Positions 41,501-53,500 of a stretch of DNA of 64,000 nt are shown in pieces. The notes under the pieces are model-generated. The model had not been told where the DNA came from, did no database searches, and saw only the letters and a program-made list of their open reading frames with translations. A program made the position numbers and the translations under genes. Positions within the stretch are counted from its first letter, which is position 1; the number at the start of each line of letters is the position of its first letter. Origin of the DNA: Mizuhopecten yessoensis (taxonomy: Eukaryota); contig NW_018407568.1 of NCBI RefSeq assembly GCF_002113885.1, positions 28,278 to 92,277 on the forward strand. The letters run 5' to 3'.

Positions 41501-44500
41501 AGCTTTGTGCATTACTTTGATGGCTCTTACTAAGTAAGACTAAGCTCTGTGCATTATTTTGATGGCTCTTACTAAGTAAGACTAAGCTCTGTACATTACT
41601 TTGATGGCTCTTACTAAGTAAGACTAAGCTCTGTGCATTACTTTGATGGCTCCTATTAGGTAAGACTTAGCTCTGTGCCTTACTTTGATGGCTCTTACCA
41701 AGTAAGACTAAGCTCTGAGCATTACTTTGATGGTTCTTACTAAGTAAGACTTAGCTCTGTGCATTACTTTGACGGCTCTTACTAAGTAAGACTAAGCTCT
41801 GTGCATTACTTTGATGGCTCCTATTAAGTAAGACTTAGCTCTGTGCATTACTTTGATGGCTCTTACTAAGTAAGACTAAGCTCTGTGCATTACTTTGATG
41901 GCTCTTACTAAGTAAGACTAAGCTCTGTGCATTACTTTGATGGCTCTTACTAAGTAAGACTAAGCCCGTGCATTACTTTGATGGCTCTTTAAGTCTAGAT
42001 CTTAAGGATCCCTGTGCCACTGCACTGTGGTATTTCCTATGTGCAGTAATCTCCCCTTCACTTCCATCACTATAGAACAACTGAGCCAAGACACTTCCGT
42101 TGGCCCGGTAGCTAAGTCGATTAGGGACATGGTTTAGCAGTCTGAAATTCAGGGTTCAAATCTGGGTCTAGTCCCTTCCTAGTCACCTTAATGGCCTCTA
42201 GGTTGGCCATGAGCATGGCTTGAGAGTGTCTCTCCCTCCTCATTGCCTCAACATCTTGTAGGAGGCGTTGTTCAGACTGCTTCGACAGCTCCTTCTCTAT
42301 GCGTAGATTCTGTGCCTGGGTGTCTGAGCGGGCAAAGTTCTCCTTGGACGACATCAGATCCTAAAATGAAATATTTACCAGACCTTTACTTCATTCAGAA
42401 AAGAAGAAAGGAAAAGCCGCATCGTTTCAACTATTATTAGGTCTAAAGAATCACTTTTCCATTTTAGGGATACCGAATAGCGCAGAAATTGTGATGCATA
42501 ATATCAGAGAGAACTTAAATCATTAGAAAAGATATCAAAGTTTTACTTTTTACACAAACAATGTATGTATTAAACGTGTCGCAACGTTTCAAGACCGACT
42601 GGTCCCTTTGTAAAGCTATGACTGAGTGAGTGATTTGTATTTTTTACCTGTACAACGATGTGACGAAATTGTATATTTATCATGTCACTCAACCCGTGAC
42701 ATTGGAAAAGATATTAGAATTTCAGCATAATATAAGTCACTGTAAACACATAAGCTGAATGATTTAATTAAGCTACCTGTCTGAGAATGTTGATGGTTTG
42801 TTCGTGTTTGGCGACACTAGTAGAATACTTCTGTACTTTGTCCCTCAGTGCTGCGATCTCCTTTCTGTAGCCTTCGGCATTACCCTGCAACACTTTGTAT
42901 TTCTCCGCGGAATAGTCCACCTACAAAACAGTACGGCTAGTTAATGTTTTTATTCATCGCATTACCATTGTCTAACAAACGTTACAAAAACAACAAAATT
43001 GTTCGCATTAATTCTACAGGGCCTTCATTAGTTCTGCATATTCAAATTTCTAAAAAAAAAAATTCAGTCAGGATCTGTGACAAGTTCACTGGATCTATAA
43101 GTTGTCTTTCCTGAATATAAATATTTCATAAACTATCCTTTGAGTGAAAGGTTCTGAAACTTTCCTTCTTTCCTGAATATAAATCTTTAGTAAACTATCC
43201 TTTGAGTGAAAGGTTCTTAAACTTCCCTTCTTTCCTGAAAATAAATCTTTCATAAACTACCCTTTGAGTGAAAGTTTCTTAAACTTTCCTTCTTTCCTGA
43301 ATATAAATCTTTCATAAACTATCCTTTGAGTGAAAGGTTCTTAAAACTTTCCTTCAAGAGCTGCCCCAGTAAATATCATCCCTGGGAAGATCAGTGCTGG
43401 AACCTCCTCACAACAATAGCGCCTAGTAAAACCTCATCACAAGCACCATCCAGTAAATATTTCCCATGGGTGAATATTTTTTAAACTTCCCCACATATTT
43501 ACAGTACATGAACAGAGATAACCCTGGCGCTATGTGTATGTTAATAGTTCTGCTATTGACCTGTGATGACATCTTTGCGTTCTGGACAGTCATAGATGAC
43601 AGACCATTTCTGTACTTCTCCATCTCTTCGTCCATGATCCTACAAATAAGATTTAATCTCAGTTCATGTACAAGTCAAATATCATGTATTGTATAGCTTG
43701 TAGTTCATATCCAGGTATTCAATCTGTTCTACTTTATATTTCACATTTCTGTTTCATATTATATAAGCATCAAGTTTATTTTGAGATTGCTTGAACTCTT
43801 CCATGAATTTGTGCAACTAGATTTTTGAATTCTAGAATTCATGATAGAGCCTTCATAATCAGCCTGGCTATCAACATATGTGGTATCTATTAAAGTTAAT
43901 TCATTAACTTATGATTTACACTGCATTCAAGTTGTAAGATGAAAATAGGCACAAAAAATATTCCAAATCTGTACAATACAGATCTAGCAATGTTTGAGAG
44001 TAAAGATACTTTTAATAGTAGTAATTTTAAATTATGAAGTTTCAAACACAAACACGAATGTTTTAGTCTAACAATGGAGAAGTCTAAACTTGTATGTAGG
44101 GTAGATTTATCAGTATTATCACCGAATTAGATTAGTACAAGTCTGTATACTAGTCTGTATTTTTATAACTTTAAATGAAGCTTAATTAAACCTTACCTTT
44201 AGATTAAAATGCTTTGTCTAGTAAACTGCCCCATTTTTACACACAAAACCCCAGATTTTTTGGTAATGGGCCAAAATGCCCCCATAATCAGCAAGGCAAG
44301 AATATAAAAACTGATTCAAAGGTAAGGGTTGTGGAGTTGATTGATTTTACATCCCAATACAATACCGTTATTAAAACAAAATTCTCTCACTTCTCATTTT
44401 CCTTCTTTTCCTTCTTGTAGTTGTTGAAGTCCTCCTGTAGTTGTGTTAGGGCAGTTTTCATATCCTGTAAGGCCTTATCTGATGACGGGCTCTGTTTCAT

Positions 44501-47500
44501 CCCGACCGGGGACTTCTTCACAGGAGTGGTCATACTCACATCGCCATCAGTCATAGACTGGGACAACGCCATCTGAAACATATATCAGTTTCAACTTAAC
44601 CCTTTCACCACCATAGACCGTAATGGACTCATCCCAATAATTGCATGGTAGAGTCCATTAAAGTTACCTAGGGGTGAAAGGGTTAATACTAATATTGAAG
44701 TTCTTGTAAAAGTCTGAATTTTAAACTCAAACCAAAAATGTCAGGATTATACGATAATAAACAGCAAACTGTGAGAGCAGTATTTGCAATACCATATCAT
44801 ATAAATAACATCCATCACTAGTAGATATATGATATAAATAACATCCATCACTAGTAGATATATCATATAAATAACACCCATCACTAGTAGATATATCATA
44901 TAAATAACACCCATCACTAGTAGATATATCATATAAATAACACCCATCACTAGTAGATATATCATATAAATAACACCATTCACTAGTAGATAATTCATAT
45001 AAATAACATCCATCACTAGTAGATATATCATATAAATAACACCCATCACTAGTAGATATATCATATAAATAATACCCATCACTAGTAGATATATCATATA
45101 AATAACACATCACTAGTAGATATATCATATAAATAACACTCATCACTAGTAGATATGTCATCAATTATAAAATCCCACCTGTTATTAATTAATAGGTATT
45201 AGTCTCAAGTGTGAATGAAAATCTTTTTTCCCCCAGATTTGTTAAAAGAATTGATTTTCAACTTTTATTTCCTAAATACAACTTCACAGAAGACTAAACA
45301 GAGATGATGTACGTACTTGCATGTTAAAATGTACAATCCAGGTAAACATCTATAACCTTATATTTTTCTGTAGTTATAGGTTTGTGTGATGCTCTGGTTG
45401 TAACTTACCCCTGACTGGCTCAGCACTTTAAACAGATCCCGCTGTCGCACGATACTCTCCACCTAGAAATGGTTGAACGTATTAAAAGCTATGAATACAA
45501 TATCTCATTAATGATAAAGTGTAATGATGAACCGTCCTACACAACATTTACAGACAGATACCTGTGCCTATATAGAGCTTCCTTTATGGTAGATGCAGAA
45601 AGACTATATTCACAAGAATAGGATTGCAATGACAGGAAAACTAATAGTCAAACTTGAGGATCAAATAGGGCAAAGTATTACAAGCGATCAATAGTCCATC
45701 AACTGCAAACAATCTTTGGTATCAAACCTGAACAAAGGGCTATAACTCTGTAAAAAGAGGGATATGTTAGACCAAATTTCAGTACGCAACACTTTGCCGT
45801 CCCAATATACTCGCATAGACCATATACTCCAAACAATCTTTGGTATCTAAGTTGAACAAAGGGCCACAACTCTGTAAATAGAGAGACATAAGACCAAACT
45901 TCAAGGCCACAACAGCTTGCCGTCACAATAATACTCCCATACAAAACTTGGCAGTTGTAGGAGACAACTCGTATGAGATGTGCCCCAGACATAGAGACAA
46001 ACACCCATAGACTGACAGATGGAGTACAAATCGCACGAGATGTGCCCCAGACATAGAGACAATCTCCCATAGACTGACAGATGGATGACAAATCTTATGA
46101 GATGTGCCCCAGACATAGAGACACACACCCATAGACTGACAGATGGAGTACGTCACAATAATACTCCCATACAAAACTTGGCAGTTGTAGAAGAAACTCG
46201 TACGAGATGTGCCCCAGACATAGAGACAAACCCCCATAGACTGACAGATGGAGTACAAATCGCACGAGATGTGCCCCAGACATAGAGACAAACACAGATA
46301 GACTGACAGATGGAGTACAAATTGTATGAGCTGTGCCCCAGACATAGAGACAAACACCCATAGACTGACAGATGGAGAACAAATCGTTTGAGATGTGCCC
46401 CAGACATAGAGACAAACACAGATAGACTGACAGATGGAGTACAAATTGTATGAGCTGTGCCCCAGACATAGAGACAAACACCCATAGACGGACAGATGGA
46501 GTACAAATCGTTTGAGATGTGCCCCAGACATAGAGACAAACACCCATAGACAGACAGAGGGAGTACAAATCGTACGAGATGTGCCCCAGACCTAGAGACA
46601 AACACCCATAGACTGACAGATGGAGAACAAATCGTTTGAGATGTGCCCCAGACATAGAGACAAAATCCCATAGACTGACAGATGGAGGACAAATCGTACG
46701 AGATGTGCCCCAGACCTAGAGACAAACACCCATAGACTGACAGAAGGAGTACAAATCGTATGAGATGTGCCCCAGACATAGAGACAAACACCGATAGACT
46801 GACGGATGAAGTACAAATGTTGCAATGTTATGAATTCTGTACAGTATTAAAATGAATCCAAATGTCTTCCTTTACTACAGATAATGGCTTGAAAGATTTT
46901 ATCACCCATTATTCAATGCGACCTGGTACCACTCATAAAAGACCTGATTTTGTCATACCATTCTAACTTGCTTGTCCCGACTAGATTTCAACTCCTGGAT
47001 CTCTGAGTTGGCGATCTGCAGTTGTTCTTTCAACTCCTTTGTTCTGAAATAAATCAAATAATGTTTCAATTAAATGTGACAAGAAAATCAGGACCTGAGA
47101 AAAATGCTTCATTCGGTTATTATTACGATTTTTTTTTTTTTTAAAGATTTTCTCAACACATATCTAGATCAAAGCATGACCAAATTCTAAATTTGAGTCG
47201 GTACTGCTTCAAAAAGCAAAATGACAAAACAGCATGTATAACTGCCTCCAAATTCTGATCTTCAGCACACATTGTAACTTGCACAGAAATCTAACAACAA
47301 GCGGAATCCATTGCAGATATATGACTTAATTTATCTTAAATGATTTACTTTGTGTCGGTAGCCATCTTCTCCTCCTGTTCCTGTTTATCACTGAGTTCAC
47401 GTATTACTGTCAATAAGCGTATATTCTGAACCTGAAGATCCTCAATGGTCCTGAAAACAAATATATAAAAGGTTACTACAGGTTCATGAGTGCATATACA

Positions 47501-50500
47501 TATGCTGTAATTTTATGTATCGAACACTATGACAACACAGGTATATAAGTCAATTTCATTTTAAATTTCATATGCAAGACTGACCCTTCATCTAGTCAAT
47601 AATTATTTTAACTTTAATCAGCTTTAAGTGAATGGTGATGTCAGAAGCATCCACAAATCGAAGTGAATAACTAAAACAAATATTTCTTATTTATGGATAT
47701 TGTTATAACTCACTGACCTCATGACCTTGAATAATTAACTTACCTGAAGGTGACCAGCTTATCACTGATGACCTGGGAGGAACTGCTGACCTCTGTGGAC
47801 GGCTGTTCTACTTCCCGAACAACACGCCCGCCTCGCAACTCGGCCATCTCTTTCAGGATGTACCGCAGCTATTGTCATGGAAACAGAAAACATGTTAAGA
47901 TAAATAAGTCTCGGGGATTAACAAAGAAAACAACCTTCACTAGTGCAAATTCTGGTAAACAAATTGTGAAAGAAGACATCGCAGAAAATACAAACACCCT
48001 CATGAAATGTGAACTCTTACAAGAGACGATGTTTGTAAACTTTTTTGTGAAGTTTCATGATAATTGGATCGCAGAAAATACAAACAACCTCATGAAATGT
48101 GAACTATTACAAGAGATGATGTTTGTAAACATTTTTGTGAAGTTTCATGATAATTGGATAAGAAATTAAGTCAAATTCATAGTAAAAGCAACCTATTTTT
48201 TGCCAGTAAAAGGTTGAAACCATACCTCGAATAAGAGGTGATGTTCATGAACATGTTGTGTAAAGTTTCGTGGATGATTGGAAAAGAATTGAAGTGTGTA
48301 GAGTGGTGACATCAAAAATTCTATTTAAAGTGACAGTGTCCTCGTTTTTGACTGTAGAAGGTGGAAACGCCGACTAGTACAAGGGGTGATGTTGGTGGAC
48401 ACGCGTGAAGTATCATGACAATCAGATAAGAAACAAGGTCTGTTGAGCGGTGACGCCATTTGGGACACAAAGGTACGGCACATCCCTATATACCATCGAC
48501 GACCCATCGTGAGGGTACATTGACTGAATGAAATGGTGTTACCTGCTTTGACAGATCGTTTGTCTGAAGCTGGAGCTTCTGATTCTCTCTCTGCATGTGA
48601 TTGTACTTCCTATTGATGTCATCTGCTTCAAGTCGTAGATTTTGAGATTCCTGAAAGAGAAGGCAAAATAAACAACCCTTTCACAGCTCTACCAATACCA
48701 TCAATGATCCAACAGAATCTTACAAACAAAACACTTCTTATTTCACACACCCCAAACCTATCCCTGTGTTGTATCCCAACTAACACACCCTTTACCTATC
48801 TCATCGTTTCATCTGATACCTTCGCTTATGTTTGGTTGTGTGCAGTCTTATTCAAACCAATTTTGTATTACATTTTCTTAAAAAGAGTGGAAACAAATCC
48901 TAATGTTACTGACCAACATGGAAGCATCGAGTTGTCTGGTCAGCTGGTCAATGTTAGCCAGAGAGTTCTCGTAATCCTGCCTCTGTTTCTTCAGTAGCGG
49001 GGCTTTCTCCTCAATTTCCTTTAATACAATGGCAACACAGATTAAATATTTACAATCAACAGAGTTTTTGGTCAGGTGATATCTAATGAATCGGGGAATA
49101 TGATCTTTGCTTTCTTCTTTACTTTATTCCAGGCAGTGTTTGGTGAGCCCCATCATCCGTAATATATGTCTTCCTCCTTCCCCTATAAACCCCACAGTTC
49201 ATTTGTTTTCCTTTTCATTGTAAATTTGTATACACAGTCACAGAAATTTCTTCAGTACAGATTTACAATCTTCTAGAAATCAGGGGAAAAAACATGTGTC
49301 ATGTCCCAACTGATTATATTGAGCTGGATAATGATGCCAAATCAATGAAAAACTGAAATTCTATGGCTGATTATTTTCTATTCTGCAGAAATTATGTTCT
49401 TAAGATAACCATCTTATCAGTACACACATTAATTAGGCTTGGAAGTATTTATAAACATGTTATGGTTATTTCTGCATAGTCAAGTTTCTACACATGTGAT
49501 TTACCTGCAGAATTTGTGTCAGGTACTGGTTTAGTCGCTGATTTTCTTCCTTCTCCAGCATAAGTGCATCAGAGGCCTGGACATACTCATTGTAGATCTG
49601 TCAAACACAAGTACATACTTATTGTAGATCTGTCAAACATAAGAACATACTCATTGTAGATCTGTAAAACAAAAGTAAATACTAATTGTAGATCTGTCAA
49701 ACACAAGTACAAACTCATTGTAGATCTGTCAAACACAAGTACATTCTCATTGTAGATCTGTCAAACGCAAGTCCATACTCATTGTAGATCTGTTAAACAC
49801 AGGTACATACTCATTGTAGATCTTTCAATCACAGGTACATACTCATTGTAGATCTGTAAAACAAAAGTAAATACTAATTGTAGATCTGTCAAACACACGT
49901 ACATACTTATTGTAGATCTGTCAAACGCAAGTACATACTCATTGTAGATCTTTCAATCACAGGTACATACTCATTGTAGAACTGTCAAACACAGGTACAT
50001 ACTTATTTTAGATCTGTCAAACACAAGTACAAACTCATTGTAGATCTGTCAATCACAGGTACATACTTATTTTAGATCTGTCAAACACAAGTACATGCTC
50101 ATTGTAGATCTGTCAAACGCAAGTCCATACTCATTGTAGATCTGTTAAACATAAGTACATACTCATTGTAGAGCTGTCAAACATAAGTACATAAGACATG
50201 AAGGATAGCTTACTTTCTTGTGTGAAACATTAAGGATGTTTCCCTGTGTGAGACATTAAGGATGTTTACCAGCATGAGACATTAAGGTTGTTTACCTGCA
50301 TGAGACATTAAGGATGTTTCCCTGCATGAGACATTAAGGATGTTTAAACATCCTGCATGAGACATTAAGGATGTTTCCCTGCATGAGACATTAAGGATGT
50401 TTCCCTGCATGAGACATTAAGGATGTTTAAACATCCTGCATGAGACATTAAGGATGTTTCCCTGCATGAGACATTAAGGATGTTTCCCTGCATGAGACAT

Positions 50501-53500
50501 TAAGGATGTTTAAACATCCTGCATGAGACATTAAGGATGTTTAAACATCCTGCATGAGACATTAAGGATGTTTCCCTGCATGAGACATTAAGGATGTTTC
50601 CCTGCATGAGACATTAAGGATGTTTACCTGCATGAGACATTAAGGATGTTTAAACATCCTGCATGAGACATTAAGGATGCTTCCCTGTTTGAGACATTAA
50701 GGATGCTTACCTGTGTGAGACATTAAGGATGTTTATCTGCGTGAGACATGAAGGATGTTTACCTGTGTGAGCCTACATACTTATTGTAGATCTGCCAAAC
50801 ACAAGTACATACTCATTGTAGCTCTGTCAAACACAAGTACATACTGATTGTAGATCTGTCAAACACAGGGACATACTTATTGTAGATCTGTCAAACGCAA
50901 GTACATACTCATTGTAGAACTGTCAAACACAGGTACATACTTATTTTAGATCTGTCAAACACAAGTACATTCTCATTGTAGATCTGTCAAACACAAGGAC
51001 ATACTCATTGTAGATCTGTAAAACAAAAGTAAATACTAATTGTAGATCTGTCAAACACAAGGACATACTCATTGTAGATCTGTTAAACATAAGTACATAC
51101 TCATTGTAGATCTTTCAATCACAGGTACATACTCATTGTAGATCTGTTAAACACAGGTACATACTCATTGTAGAACTGTCAAACACAGGTACATACTTAT
51201 TTTAGATCTGTCAAACACAAGTACATTCTCATTGTAGATCTGTCAAACACAAGTACAGACTTATTGTAGATCTGTCAAACACAAGTACATACTCATTGTA
51301 GCTCTGTCAAACACAAGTACATACTCATTGTAGCTCTGTCAAACACAAGTACATACTGATTGTAGATCTGTCAAACACAGGAACATACTAATTGTAGATC
51401 AGTCAAACACAGGTACATACTCATTGTTAATCTGTCAAACACAGGTACATACTTATTGTAAATCTGTCAAACACAAGTACATACTGATTGTAGATCTGTC
51501 AAACACAAGTACAAACTCATTGTAGATCTGTCAAACGCAAGTACATACTCATTGTAGATCTGTCAAACATAAGTACATACACATTGTAAATCTGTCAAAC
51601 ATAAGTACATAAGACATGAAGGATAGCTTACTTACCTGTGTGAAACATTAAGGATGTTTACCTGTGTGAGACATTAAGGATGTTTACCTGCATGAGACAT
51701 TAAGGATGTTTACCTGCATGAGACATTAAGGATGTTTACCTGTGTGAGACATTAAGGATGCTTACCTGTGTGAGACATTAAGAATGCTTACCTGTGTGAG
51801 ACATTAAGGATGTTTATCTGCGTGAGATATTAAGGATGTTTACCTGTGAGAGACATTAAGGATGCTTACATGTGTGAGACATTAAAGATGTTTACCTGTG
51901 TGAGACATTAATGATGCTTACCTGTGTGAGACATTAAGGATGCTTACCTGTGTGAGACATTAAGGATGTTTATCTGCATGAGACATTAAGGATGGTTACC
52001 TGTGTGAGACATTAAGGATGTTTACCAGTGTGAGACATTAAGGATGTTTACCTGCATGAGACATTAAGGATGTTTACCTGCGTGAAACATAAACGATACT
52101 TACCTGTGTGAGAGACATGCCAGACTTCAGTACTTTACTGGTCACAGAAGCAGTAGGAAACATACTCTCTACCTGGTCTTCACTGGCAACTGAAACAGAC
52201 ACACAACTTGTAGATGTTAAATACTTTACAATAAATGTATTACAAATCTCATAATGACTAGCCATAACATAGTGTTGAAATGAAAGCATGAAAACAAGGC
52301 TATAGTTGAAACGGTTGAACCTGTGAAGAAAACGACAGGCACAGATCTGACCCGAGGCTGACTTCAGGAATATTCTGCTTGTGAAGATTGAGGGGTCGAG
52401 ACGCACCGAAACTAAAATGCTGACTATTGCTAGTTTGCGTTATTTCTTTCTTAAACAATGTCAAGCCATATGTAGTTTTTAAGATACGTTATGTAATTTA
52501 GTGGACGCATGAAAGAAGGCTTTAATATTCTTGATACATTGTTATTTATTCTCCCAAACTGTGCATTTTTAGCTCTGCTTAAAGAATGGTACAAGTGCGG
52601 TCGTTTATCGTTGAATATTTCTGCGCCACCTGTAACGCTTCAACTGGGATATGCGAATGTAACCCAACACTGCAGAAAACTGAAACATGTTTTGATGGAA
52701 GAGCACTTACTCCTGTTTTTGGTCTGTTCCAGAAGATCATTGGCGCTGACCAGTTCTTGTCTCAGCTTCTCAATTGTCTCCTCTGTAGAGAAAAGTAGCC
52801 ACAATATACAAACAAAAAGACACAATTTACCAAAGAAAGAGGTCTGCAATAGAATCAAACTTTTTTCAATCAGTTAAATCAATTTCCGTCAATAATCTAA
52901 TCCCAATATTTTTTTTGTCATTCTATGCAGTATTCCGATCCATAAACATGATATCTTTAGTATGATGTTCCCAATTAACCTCATTTGAATTTCCATTGAA
53001 AAACATGCTTCAAATGATAAATATTCCATGGCCATCCCCAAACCCAACAAATCAGTCCATCATAAATCCAAAGTTAGAGGTGCAGATTGAAAAAAACAAG
53101 TTTCAAATATTAGTACCTACTATTGCCCAAGTGTTTTACATCTAGATGGGCAATTTTTGTAACTCCATATTATAAAATTGAACAGATTTTACTGCATACC
53201 ACTAAACCAGGTCTGATATGAAATAGGATCACTCTCAAATGTTTACACAGTTCTGTAAGTTACGACAAAACTGCAATTTCATTGTGAACATTACCTCTGC
53301 TTTCTATATCTACTTGGGAGTGTTTCGCTCCCTCCTCCTTCAAATTTTCAAGTTCAGTATGAGCTGTAATATAATTCAGACACAAGATCATTCACTTGAA
53401 CCCAACAAAATACTTGTCTATATACCACATGTAGTTGTCTATACAGTGGCCAACAACATCAGACATTTTTCAGATAATATCTCTTCCCTGTAGTCTTTAA

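Noticed and set aside
45699-46825. Overlapping ORFs in several frames
   Set aside because: The 62-bp unit cycles through frames, so there is no coding signal.
49581-52119. CRISPR-like array
   Set aside because: Eukaryotic intron with head-to-tail repeats, no unique spacers and no cas genes.
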